Origin: the human T2T-CHM13v2.0 reference genome, Homo sapiens
Assembly: GCF_009914755.1 (NCBI RefSeq)
Contig: NC_060934.1
DNA length: 64,000 nucleotides
Strand: one strand, 5' to 3'
Under the pieces are notes generated by a model. That model made no database searches and was not told where the DNA came from. It saw only the letters and a list, made by a program, of their open reading frames with translations. The translations under genes were made by a program, and so were the position numbers. Below are positions 32,920 through 45,786 of this stretch, piece after piece (the stretch's first letter is position 1; every line of letters begins with the position of its first letter).

Positions 32920-33239
32920 CTTTCTTTTTTTCTTTTTCTTTTCTTTTTTCTTTTTTTCTTTTTTACTTTTTGCTCTTCTTGGCCAGGCTGGAGTGCAATG
33001 GCACAATCTTGGCTCACCACAACCTCCGCCTCGCGGGTTCAAGCAATTCTCTTGCCTCAGCTTCCCCAGTAGCTGGGGTTACAGCCACGTGCCATGATGC
33101 CCAGCTAATTTTGTATTTTCAGTAGAGACGGGGTTTCTCCATGTTGGTCAGGCTGGTCTCGAACTCCCCACCTCAGGTAATCCACCCGCCTCGGCCTCCC
33201 AAAGTGCTGGGAATACAGGCATGAGCCACCAGGCCCGGC
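32920..33239 (-). mobile_element. Alu (AluS-like)
   Basis: Antisense Alu; TSD agcatcccctttct. Confidence 0.9.
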
Positions 33240-33739
33240 AGCATCCCCTTTCTTATTGATAAAGCAGATCTTGGAGAATGGGAGATCCTGAGCGGGGTTC
33301 CTAATGCTAGCCTTCAACATCAGGCTGAGGCTCACCTTGTCTTCAAGTAATGGGCAGTGCTGGCCTGAAGGGGAGCCTCCTCTGTCCAGGGCTCAGCTTA
33401 TCCTTGGAAGGCTTAGCACATTGAGGAGCTGCTCCAGGCTAAGAGGGAGGGACTGGGGTACTCTGTAGAGGTTGTTCTTCCAGTTTCTTCAATCAGATGA
33501 GCCACACTGTCACTCTAGTGTTGAAAGGAGGGAAGGGACAGAGGTGGCCAGGAGTGTGACCCTAAAAGAGGCAGAGGAGACCTCAGAGAAAGAGAAGAAG
33601 CATTCTCCTAACCAGAGGGAGAAGGAGAGAGGCCTCAGTTCTCCCTCTCTGGGAATTAATTTGAGATTTACATTTAGTGTCTATAAACATGTCAGCAGAT
33701 ATATAAACTTATTTGCTTTTGCTTTGTTTCCATTTTTAG

Positions 33740-33846
33740 ATTCTTGAGTATCAGAACACCACCTTCTTTGGTGGAACCTGTATATCCATGATTGATTACC
33801 TCCTCTGGCCCTGGTTTGAGCGGCTGGATGTGTATGGGATACTGGA
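33740..33846 (+). CDS. GSTO2: GSTO2 exon 6
   Basis: ttttag| and |gtaag; [35 protein letters not shown](D); 107 nt. Confidence 0.97.
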
Positions 33847-35289
33847 GTAAGACATTTGACATTGTGGTGTTAAATTCCCGGAGTCACACTGAGTAACAAT
33901 GGTTAAGATGGTCTGCATGCCCCCTGTAGACATGTTTCAGGATGTCTGTGAAGTGAATCAGGTTTCTAAACCGCAGTGTGTGCTTCCTTGTTAAAAACAT
34001 ATGTGCTTTTCCACTGCTAACTTCAGACCCACACTTTGCCCGCATTTCTGCAGATCAGACCCCTAGCCCAGGAGCCTCCCGCAGACTTCAGAGCCTGCTG
34101 TCCTCACCAGCGCCCCCACATGGCCGGTCTGAGAGCAAGTGGAGAGTCACAGTCACAGTCACAGTGCCCAACGCCTCCACCTGGTCCTGACGGGTCCCCA
34201 GGGGACACCATATAACCTTAGTCATGTCTCATTGCCCGGAGGAATCTTCCCCCAGATAGGAATAACCTTATAAAAAAGATTTGTGTAGTAATATATGCTT
34301 GATATTGGAACATACAAACAAAATGGCAGTGACACACTATGGAAGTATGGAAGTGCAGGGACATTAAAGGAGAAGAAATAGCTGTGTAGGCTCCTGGGCA
34401 GAGCAGTGCTGTGTTACTTCAAAGCTCAGTGAAGCTGGACGTGTGCGGACGTCCACCCTAATCCAAGCCACCCTCATGGTGGGTGCTGGACATTTCTGGC
34501 ACTTGGAAATCCGGCCCTGCTGAAGCAGAACTGTGTCTGCACCTTCATAACCCGTGGGCTGGAGCCCAACCAGCCACTGTCTCCTGCACTTCCGACTTCA
34601 GCTCTCTTTGTCAGGATATTTAAAACTCAATATCAAACATAAAATTTACAAAAGGCTGTATCCTCTGAAGACAGAGCATGGAGTCACAGGTTAGGAAACC
34701 TCACTTCTAGTCCTGGATTCCCGACAACCCATTCATATTATCTTCAGCTTATTGCTTTATAAACCCCAGAACTAAATATCCTGGTTGAGCTTTGAAAGAG
34801 CCCTGTCGGCTCCATGACTTCAAGGTTTCATCCTTGTTTTATTCATTTAAAAAATGTTTTAGAAATTATTTGTCTTTATTTTTTTATATCTCCTAAAGTA
34901 AAATCTGAGAATGACCCAAGAATATTTGTTTCAGAGGGTTGTCTTTTTGTTGGCAAGCAGTGAAGCACATGTAAGTTTCTCAAGCTTTAGAATATATATA
35001 TATTAAAAAACAAAACAAAAAAAATGAAGCACAGACATGTTATTTTCCCAGAGCCATCAGTCCAAAGTATTTCACTGTATTATTAGAAGCAACAACTTCT
35101 AAACATTCAACTATTCCAAAAATAAGATTTTCCTCCAGTAAGTTATCATTCTCACTTGATAATAAGATAACTAAGATAACTCCCCAAATAAACTCATTCT
35201 TCATATCTTGCAAATCTAAAAAGCAACGTGCATCCCCTTTCCTGATGCCTACCCCTGCACTGTGCTGACGCTTCTTTCCTGTCTTGCAG

Positions 35290-35446
35290 CTGTGTGAGCC
35301 ACACTCCAGCCCTGCGGCTCTGGATATCAGCCATGAAGTGGGACCCCACAGTCTGTGCTCTTCTCATGGATAAGAGCATTTTCCAGGGCTTCTTGAATCT
35401 CTATTTTCAGAACAACCCTAATGCCTTTGACTTTGGGCTGTGCTGA
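35290..35446 (+). CDS. GSTO2: GSTO2 last coding exon
   Basis: cttgcag|; (D)[51 protein letters not shown] then TGA; total CDS 732 nt = 243 aa. Confidence 0.97.
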
Positions 35447-35556
35447 GTCTCACTGTCCACCCCTTCGCTGTCCAGAATTCCCCAGCTTGTTGGGAGTCTA
35501 CGTCACGGCTTGTCTTGGGAACCAATCCGTCTCTCTTTCTTTTCTTTGAAGTTCCC

Positions 35557-35562
35557 AATAAA
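35557..35562 (+). terminator. GSTO2: GSTO2 proximal poly(A) signal
   Basis: AATAAA 110 nt after the stop. Confidence 0.75.
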
Positions 35563-35636
35563 ATGAAAACAGGAAATGTATTCTTCTGATAATCATTTGT
35601 CTGACTCCTCTAGCCTGTAGCTGCTGCTACTGCTGC

Positions 35637-35935
35637 TTTTTTTTCCTTTTTTTTTTTGAGGCAAGATCTTGCTTCGTTACTCAGGCTGGAGTGCAGTGGG
35701 ACAGTCGGCTCACTGCAGCCTTGAACTCCTGGGCTCAGTTGATTCTCCCGCTTCAGCCTCCTGAGAAGCTAGGACTACAGGTATGTGTCACCACGCCCAG
35801 CTAATTTTTAAAAAAATGTTGTTGAGACAGGGTCTCACTATGTTGCTCAGGCTGGTCTCCATCTCCTGGCCGCAAGCCATCCACCCAACTTGGTCTCCAA
35901 AGTGTTGAGATTACAGGCATGAGCCACCTGGCCTG
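35637..35935 (-). mobile_element. Alu (AluJ-like)
   Basis: Antisense Alu; flanking ctagcctgtagct repeat. Confidence 0.9.
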
Positions 35936-37899
35936 CCTAGCCTGTAGCTTCTAACTATTTTCTAGAAAGTGCCTGGTGCTAATGTCAGAGCACATTTTGG
36001 GAGCCTGTGTGCCTCCTAACTCCTTGGCCTTCAGCCTAGTTTGATCTCCAGATTATTGGTGCAGATGCTGATGCTGAGGTTCAGGGTCAACCTATGACTG
36101 ATGCTTGTCACTACAGAATGGCACCCTCCAAAGACCTCCCTGGTGAAAGCTTAAGAAGAGGGAGAAGGAAGAAGAAAACACTCCAAACCTAAATACCTTC
36201 CATTTGGCAAATGAATGTCGCTGTCCACGTGGGCGAGTATGAGTGTAATTCTCCAAACTTTGGCCATGGGCCTGGAGACACCGAGGGTCTTGTGACTGGA
36301 AAGAATTCCAAAGCAGGAAATGAAACACCGGTTTATCACCCAGGACTAACTACGTCAGAATTTCACTGGTGCTGTCAGGGCTCAGGATGTCTCACAAAAT
36401 GTTCTATAGCCGGCATCCTGCCTTAAAAAAATACACACGCCCCAAACCCAGCCACAAGCAAAGGTCATTCCGTTGGATTTGCGTCACACTCTCTTCCAAT
36501 TCATCTCAACAAATGCCTCTGGTTGCCTGTTGTGTACCAAGCCCAGGGGCACACTGGGGATAAAGTTGAAAAAGACATTGGCTCTGTCCCTGGGAGCCCC
36601 CATCTCTCCACTCATCTTGGTTGAGGTTTTAAACCTAGCGCTTTGGAGCTGCTTGTCTGTTGTAGGGATGCTTGTCTCTGATGTGGCCCCTCTGCCAGCT
36701 TCGCCAGGCAGTACCACCCCACTGAAGACAGCAAAGAGCTGAGGATGGCTGGTGCCAACAGGTCCCTTGGGCTGGGAGCATCTACTGCCTGCACTATGGG
36801 AGGGGGACCAAGTTTGTCCAATGCTGTTTCATCTCAGTGTCTGAGGATCAGCCTGTGATCATTTCAGCTTTGCTCATGCTGGATCCTTTCCCATCCTCCT
36901 AGCTGTGCTGAGACACCAGGCAGCAACAGGAGCGATGTTTTGCCTTGTCTGTGCTCCCTAAGGAGCTGTCTGCCACCTCTGCCTCTGAGACAGCCCAAAT
37001 CAGCCCTCCTCTCTCCCCACGTCTCAGTCTGGCCCTGCCATCTGCTGGCTCTGGGTATATTTTGACCCATGTAAATAGTTACCAGGTGTTACTCTGTGCC
37101 AGCTGGACAGAAACAAGCCTGCTTGGTGAGGTGGCCAGAACTTCCAGAAGAGGCAGCGCATGACAGGGGCAGTCTGCCGCACCATCTGCTCCGGATGTGG
37201 AGCCCTGTTGCCATGGCACCCTAGTTAATGCTGAGTGAGGTCTGTGAATCACCGTTTTCCTGGGATCTTTGCTCCAAGAAGAGGGGAATCTTCTCCTGTG
37301 GCCTCTCATAGGACTTAGGAGATTGATCAGCCTTTTGCCGGTACAAATCCTGCATGCTAGTGAGTGCTTGTCATAAGACCAAAGTTACCACTGATGCAAC
37401 AGGAAATGGCATGCCTCTGGCTCACCAAAATGAAGGTGTTCTCTTTTGGGGCTCCGCACACTAATTTAGAAAGCTTGAAGAACCAGGAATTATAGAATGG
37501 AGAAAAGCACTCATGGGGGAGGTTTGCAGCCTGGTGGCCTATAGCCCAGTTTGGGATTTGAGTGCCTCTTGGCCAGGCATGCTCCCTGCTGTTTACCAGG
37601 GTCCTGGTCACCTGCACATCCTTACACTTCCTCCATCTCGCTTCTTTGTCACTTGTCTGACCCACAGAGAAAACTGAGTTATCAATCTTTGAATAAAACT
37701 AGAAGGATGTGGCCTGGAGAAAAGAGGGAAGGAGGTAATTAAATAATGCTCCATGAAGAACTTTAAAAATATGCTTCTTAATTAATACATGTGGAAAGAA
37801 TACATATGGGTTAAAAATACAATAATGTAAAAGAATAGAAAATCTTCCATTATCTTGTGTCCTAGAGATAACCACTTTTAGTAATTGGTGTCTACCTTT

Positions 37900-38053
<154 letters not shown>

Positions 38054-38091
38054 TAAAAAGCACTAAACTTAAAGATTTAAAGGTGAGAGCC

Positions 38092-38468
38092 TGTATTAGG
38101 CCATTCTCATGGTGCTATAAAGAACTGCCCAAGACTGAGTAATTTATAAAGGAAAGAGGTTTAATTGACTCACAATTCCACATGGCTGGGGAAGCCTCAG
38201 GAAACTTTCAATCATGGTGGAAGGGGAAGCAAACATGTCCTTCTGCACAAGGTGGCAGAAGAGAGAAGTACAGAGCCAAAGAGGGAAAAACTCCTTATAA
38301 AACCATTAGATCTCATGAGAACTCACTCACTGTCATGAGAAAAGCATAGGGAAAACACTCCCACAATCGAATCACCTCCCTTGAGGTCCCTCCCCCAACA
38401 TGTGGGGATTACAATTCAGATTAAAATTGAAGATGAGATTTTAGGTGGAGCACAGCCAAACCATATCA
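38092..38468 (-). mobile_element. THE1-family MaLR solo LTR
   Basis: tgtattag...aaaccatatca termini; 5-bp TSD gagcc. Confidence 0.85.
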
Positions 38469-38762
38469 GAGCCATTCTCTATCTTTTGCAGATTGGAAAA
38501 ATAAAAAAATTAGTTTAAACCACAGCATTTAAAAGAAATGGTCATAGATGATGTTAACATCAGAATGGAGGTTGTGTGGAGTTCCCCTCCTTGGAGGTTC
38601 TGAGCTACAGCCTAGCCTGGACTCAGTCCAGTTACAATCTAACATGGCTAGGGGGAGGAGGGAGCATGATGGGGCAGGGCTTGTGTGGCTGGGACAGCTG
38701 GCTATGGTCGTGGTGCTGGTGACTAAATGGTACTTGAAATTTCTTTTAGATCTAAAATTCTG

Positions 38763-39960
38763 TGATATGGTTTGGATCTGAGACCCCACCAAATTTCGTG
38801 TTGAAATGTAATCCCCAATGCTGGTGGGAGGTGATTGGATCATGGGGGTAGATTTCTCATGAATGGTTTAGCACCATTCTCTTGGTGCTGTTCTCATGAT
38901 AGTGAGTGAGTTCTCATGAGTTCTGGTTGTTTAAAAGTGTGCAGCATCTCCCTGACCCCTCTTGCGCCAGCTCCCACCATGGGAGATGCCTCGCTCCCCC
39001 TTTGCTTTTTGCCATGAGAGGAAGCTTCCTGAGGGCTCTCCAGAAGCAGAATCTACTACACTTCTCATACAGCCTGCAGAACCATGAGCCAATTAAACCT
39101 CTTTTTAAAAACACTTTTATTTTAAGTTCAGGGGTACATGTGCAGGATGTGCAGGTTCGTTCCATAGGTAAACATGCGTCATGGGGTTTGTTATGCAGAT
39201 TATTTCATCACCTAGATATTAAGTCTAGTATCCATTAGTTATTTTTCCTGATCCTCTCCCTCCTCCCACCCTGCACCCTCTGATAGGCCTCAGTGTGTAT
39301 TGTTACCCTCCACATGTCCATGTGTTCTCATGATTTAGCTCCCACTTATAAGTGAGAACATGCAGTTTTTGTAAACCTGTTTTCTTTAGGGAAAGTTTAG
39401 AATTTTCTAGAGACTGGTTGTATGGTTGTGACCAAAATGCCAGTAGTGATATGGACAGTGAAGGCCAGGCTGAGGAGGTGATGGAAATGAGGAACTTACT
39501 GGGAACTGGAGCAAAGGTCACTTTTGTTATGCTTTAGCAAAGAACTTGGCTGCATTGTGCTCCTGGCCTAGGGACCTGTGGAAGTTTGAACTTGAGAGTG
39601 ATGATTTTAGGGTATCTGGCAGAAAAAATTTCTAAGCAGCAAAGCATTCAAGATGCGCCCTGGCTGCTTTCAACAACCTATGCTCATATTTGTGAGCAAA
39701 GAAATTATGTTAAGTTGGAACTTATATTTACAGGGGAAGCAGAGCGTAAAAGTTTGGAGAATTTGCAGCCAGCTATGTGGTAGAAAAGAAGAGCCCATTT
39801 TCAGGGAAGGAATTCAAGCAGGCTGCAGAAATTTGCATAAGTAAAAAGGAGCCAAGTGCTAATGGCCAAGAAAATGGGGAAAAGGCCTTGAAGGCATTTC
39901 AGAGACCTTTGTGGCAGCCCCTCCCATCACAGACTCAGAGGCCTAGGAGGACAGAATGAC
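38763..39960 (+). mobile_element. MST-family MaLR LTR plus internal sequence, interrupted by an antisense L1PA 3' fragment (about 39108-39366)
   Basis: tgatatggtttggatctg start; L1 motif ggtacatgtgcaggatgtgcagg...cccacttataagtgagaacatg; MaLR-int motif ggaacttactgggaactggagcaaaggtcac. Confidence 0.8.
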
Positions 39961-41080
39961 TCTGAGTATTAAAGTAGATTTAATCTAAATCATAAAGTAC
40001 AAGCTAGAGCAATCCCTCCAGTGCTGCAGAAACTGCCTGCATGTGGCTCCCACATTGTTTCTTGGAGCTTTGGTGGTGGTAGGGGTGGCAGGGGCAGGTG
40101 TTATGTTTCTTGGTTTCTCACCTTCAGGTCTCCTTACCCATGTTTCCTTTGTCAGAGTCATTGGCCTTGATGGAGGGGAGACTGGGTTACTCTGAGTTGA
40201 GAAGCAAGCTTGACTGCCCTGTGGTTTATATCAGCCTAGCTTAGTTTGTTTTCTGAAGTCTTCACAAATAACCAAATATCCAGCCCAGTGCAGTTCTCAA
40301 TGAGTAGTCTCCAGTTCCCATCCCCCACCACACACACACACCAAACACTGTGCCCACCTGGGAGACCCATTTTCATTTATCTTCTTCTTTGAGTGCCTGG
40401 AAGGCTGAACATTTGATCTTTTCAAACATTTTTCTCTCATCTGGCCTGTTAGCGCTCTTGAGCCTTTGAAAATGCCATTTCCTCTACATACTATTCTTCC
40501 TCAGAGCAGCCCTCTGTTTTTTTTTTCCAACCAGTCTTTTCTCTTGCAAAGTTCAGATCAAAATTCTTCTTTATGTAAAGAGAAGTGGCGTGCCATAGGG
40601 GTTACAAACAGGGCTTCAAGGTTAGCACTGGGATCAAATTCCGACTTTGCAACTTAACTTTCTTGAGTAAGTTGCTACACCTCTATTAGCCTCAGTTTCT
40701 TATCTGTAAAATGGGACAGCTAAGTACCTATTTCATTGGGCTGTTGAATAATGATGGTCTCATCTATGCAAGGGCTTAGTACCAGCTGGGTGAAACTCAG
40801 TGAATGGCAGGCAACCCTACTATGACTAGGCTTCTGCCAATGATCAGACTTGAACCCTGTGCTCATCCCCCCATCACTTTGTGGAACTAGATGTCCTACG
40901 TTGCACATGGCTTGATTCATGGTTTGGAGTTGTTTTCTGGTTGTTTCCTGTGTGCAGGTTTAATCTCAACCTGTGATCCCTTGAAAGCTGCAATTTTATC
41001 CCTCCCCGTCCTCCTCCCTCTCACCCCAAGGCCAAGTTTAATACTGTGCATTCTGAAATCTTGCAATGTTGATGATGTAA

Positions 41081-41086
41081 AATAAA
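41081..41086 (+). terminator. GSTO2: Candidate distal GSTO2 poly(A) signal
   Basis: AATAAA followed by a U/GU-rich tract; fits my recollection of a long GSTO2 3' UTR isoform. Confidence 0.45.
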
Positions 41087-41131
41087 TCTTCTCTCCTGTG
41101 TTTCTGAAGAATACTCAGAATCTCGCTACTC

Positions 41132-41617
41132 TGTTAAAGAAAAAAATCATTCACTGACACTTGTTTAAAGCATGTGAAGGAAGACTTCCTCATAACCATC
41201 ACGGTAGGTATCGGGGCCGCTGCAATGAGACTTCTGCAGTTGGGGAGGGAGATTGGGCTCAACTCTGAGTACAAGACGAACAAGTGGGTATTTATAGCCC
41301 AGAAGTAGAGCAGAGGTCAGTGGATTGAAAATCACTCGGAGGAAACGTCAGGGATAAGGAGGATTCTAGCTAAACTGACCTAACAGGATTCTTGCTGAAG
41401 ACAGGCCAGGATGATCAGACATCACCAGAGGGCTGGTGGAGGACAAGGAACTTGATCAGATATCAAGGATGATCTGATACTGAGGTGGGGGAGTTCTTTT
41501 GCCAAACTAACTTAGCAGGGTTCTTTGCTAAAACAATTTTACAAGGACACGCACAGATGAACCTAGGAGGAGGTTCAGGAGCCTGACTAAAGTTTGGTCA
41601 AGCAGAGAATCTTTGTC
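41132..41617. mobile_element. ERV1 solo LTR (MER67-like)
   Basis: tgttaaagaaaaaaatcattcactgacacttgtt...gagattgggctcaactctga...agaatctttgtc resembles the remembered consensus. Confidence 0.55.
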
Positions 41618-42183
41618 TCCTCTTGGAGCAGGTTATCTCTTTCCAAGGGTTAAAATGTGAGGGATTTGAAATGCCTGCAGGCCTGCCCAGTTACCAATCA
41701 GCTTGGATGCTGAATGGAAAACTAAAGCACACCAGTACCATGCTGCGCATAGACAGGATGGTTACACATGTGCTCCAGGGACAAGAACTGTGCAATATAC
41801 TCTGCCCTGCCATTTCCTCCCAAGGATTCCTGCCATGCCCAGGAATCCCCTTGCAGACAGCAAGGGTCTCCGGCCTACTTTGTCATTAGCAGACAGCCCC
41901 CTCCAGAGGGAGCAGTTGAGCAGCAACAGTCAGCTCCCTGCTATAGAAGCCAATACGAAGAGCCATTTCCAGTCCTGTCCTGGGGCTAAGATGGACAAAG
42001 CAATGGAGGTAGTAGTTGCTTAGTGATGACGCTGCCCCCCAGGGAACCCTGAGTAGGGGCAGCCTCTGTTCCAGCATCACAGGACTGGGGCAGGGAAGTG
42101 GGAGGATGACTGTTAGCAGGAACAGCTGTTGCTAAATGTGGGCGTATTCAGGTTACGCTCACAGGTGAAGAATATCTCTCAAC

Positions 42184-42186
<3 letters not shown>

Positions 42187-42230
<44 letters not shown>
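42187..42230. repeat. (TG)n microsatellite, about 22 units
   Basis: Direct reading. Confidence 0.95.
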
Positions 42231-42231
<1 letters not shown>

Positions 42232-45200
42232 ATGCGCATGTGCAGCACATGCACCCTTTGTGCCTTTCTGCCATAAGAGGAGGGTATCAGGATGAATAAT
42301 GAGGAGCTGTATAAAGGTAAGGGCGGGAGGTATTTTAAGTATTTCACTTAATGGTTTTTGGCCATTTATTTGCTAAACAGAAAGACCCTCTTTGGGGACT
42401 TTTATCTGAGACACTGTCCCAGGTGATCTGATAGCAGCAGGGAGTTGGAGAGATGGGGACACACAGACATCCCAGGTACAGTGGCAGCAAGGGCTGCTTA
42501 TCCTGGAAGCTAGGGGAAGAGTTAGCTGAGGAAACTGCAGGAAGCCCTAACCAGAAACTTGGGCTTCAGACTTGGGTTTTGGAGGAGGGAATGTAGGGTA
42601 GATTCAGAATGATAGTAAATCTTCTGTTTTTTGAGCACTGACTATATGCTAGGTACCTTAGATATACTACTAATACCTCCAAACCTTATGAGGTAAGTAC
42701 CAATCACTCCCGTTTTATAGATCAGTAAACCGAGATTTAGAGGTGGAGTCGCTTGCCCAGGTGTTACGTAGCTAGTGATGAGCAGAGCTGAGGTTTGCTT
42801 GCGGGAGGCTGACTCTGGAGCCTGTGCGCTTAACCTCTGCCCTGCTCGGCCTCCCCACTACTAGCACTACCTCACCTCCTGCCCTTGCTGCCTTCCTCTT
42901 CTGCTTTCCCTCCTGGACTGGGAGCTCTCTCAAGGTAGGAATAGTGTCCCACTTGACTTTGTTTTCCTGGTGCTTGGCACAGTGCCTTGTGTATAGTAGT
43001 GATGAATGACTGAGCAAATGGAAGGATGGATGGATGGATGGATGATGTAGAAACCCAGGCCACTTCCAGGAGCTCATGATGAGGCCGCTATTATAGCTGT
43101 TTCCCCACTTTGCTGTCTAGAAGAGGTAGCTGCTTCTCTGGAGCCACAGGGATGCCCTGCCTTGTACTCTCTCTGGCTCTGTCGTTGCTATGGCAACTGC
43201 AGGTCTAGGCTCTGGCTGTCCTGCAGAGGGACGAGGAGAACAGAGGGGTCAGGAGGGCAGAGGCAAGAGACCCTTTCTGTTCCCCTAAACAGGGGACATG
43301 GCCCCAGACCCCTCCTGTGAGGTGCACAAACATTTTCTGAGCACCTGGCCAGTGTCTGGCCCTAAGGGAGGTGTGTGAGGGAACCCCCAGGGAAGACAGA
43401 CCCCCATGTGGGAGGAGGCACTCCCATGTGGAGGGACAGCTCACACTGCTGGGGGAACCAGGCAGTAGGAGTTGGGCTGTAAGGAGCCCTCCTCAGAGCA
43501 AGGGGAAGAATCTCCGCAGTTTTTGTTGTTGAGTTTATTTGTCAGGCCCGAAGCTAAGTGCATCACACACGCTCCTTCATTTAACCTTCTCAATGGCTCT
43601 ACGAGGTGGGCAGTATTATTCCTGTTTTACAGTTGAAGAAACTGAGGCACACCCAAGGCTCTTAGAAATGGTGAGACTTGCTGAGCTAGGACATGGCATA
43701 GCAGAGATTGAACACAGAGCCCACACTCTTAGTCCCTGTGCTGTTTATAGTGAGGCTCTCAGTCTCCTTGGCCTTAGCACCAGCTTTGTCATGAAGGCTG
43801 GAACCTCGTGGGCAGGACCTTGCATAGGCCTCCATATTGAGAGGGTATATGGAGAGAGGGCAGGGGACCTGCTCTTGTTTCTCTCTGGATTTAAACGTTC
43901 AGGCTGAGCAACCTTGCAGCTTAGTGTGGCATCTTGTGTTGCTCTGGATGTATGGAGCTTGTGCAGCTTCCCTGCCTGGCCAGAGGCCCTCTCCATAGAT
44001 TTGTTTCCTCTTTGTGGCATTTTGTCCCTATGGAGAGGGCTTCTTAGAAACTGCACTGGGCAAAGCTGTGGATATCCAGAGGGCTGAACACCACTGACCT
44101 TCTCCCTGGCCCTGAATCTGGCTCTACATACAGCACCAGCTCTAGTCTCACTTGGCTCTGATTCCTGGGGTGGGAGTACATGGGGTATGTATGGGCTGAC
44201 TCACTGTCCTTGGCTGGGAGAACTGGCGGCTGACCTACACCTTCCAGACCCTTGGGGGGCTTGATTCAGCACTAGCCATGCCTTTTGGAAGAGATGCAAG
44301 GCCATCGTCCCAGGAGACCTTTGGTCTAACATAGCCCGGTCCTTTCTTCAGGAAGAAAGCCTTCTTCGTGGCAGCAAGGCTGTGGGGGCTATGGGCGTCA
44401 TCTCTGGGCAGTTGGGAAGATAGCCAAGGGCAGCTAATGGGAAGAAACGGGGTGTGGGTCTTTGCTATTTCTACTTTAAATAAAGTTGCTCCAAAAGAAA
44501 CCTAAAATATCACTGACCTGTGGGTTTGAAAGAAACAGATGGGACGAAACTCTTCCAGACTCCCTAACCCACCGCTGTGCTACAACTCTCACTTCACACT
44601 TTTGAGGCCCACCTATTCCCATCAAGAAGAAATGTCTTTGAACATCTCTGAGGTTTATGTGGTTCCCTCTTTCTGAGAGATAATTTGTTGTTGACAGTTT
44701 TATTTTCTGGTTTCTTTGTGGGGCTGTAGAGAAACATCAAAGGGTGGAAAATGCCATTTTTACCTGTAAAGGAGGGCCCCACATTGTGCAGGAGGAAATA
44801 AACCAGACCCGGGCTCAGATGAATGGAGTGAGTACAAGCATTTGAGAGACAGAACAATTATGTGGATTTGATTTTCTTTGGGGAGGCTCTTCACAGTTTC
44901 CCATCTGTAAGGGAGCAAAAGAGGTTACAGCTGAAACTCAAAGCTGATCTGTTTTCACATTCCGCTCATGCGGGCTTCAGAGCCACACAATTTCACTTTC
45001 AATTACTTACCACACTTCATTGATCTCTGACTTACTTTGCAGCCATTGGTAGTCTTCCTATTAGACCCAGTTCCTTGGGGACAGAGCCCCCATCTTATAC
45101 TTTTGTTCCCCACATAGAGCCGGACCTAGGCAGATCACATGCTCTTGCTCAGTACTTGGTCAAACACCTTTTCCTCACTGTTGATTCAAAATTTATTCAA

Positions 45201-45439
45201 CGATGATTGACTAAATCCCAGGCAATGGTTATTTTTATAATAAGATGCTGGTGGTGAATCCACATACAGCAAGTACAGAATATGGAGATTACTGGGAGAG
45301 GAAGGATCATTTCAAAACAGGATTTGTGCACAGAGACGTTCACTAGAGTGTTGTTTATAACAGCAAAAAGTGGAGACAACTTAAGTGTTCCTCAGTAGGG
45401 AAAGTTGGGTAAATTATGGTACATGCATACAGACAGTGA

Positions 45440-45786
<347 letters not shown>
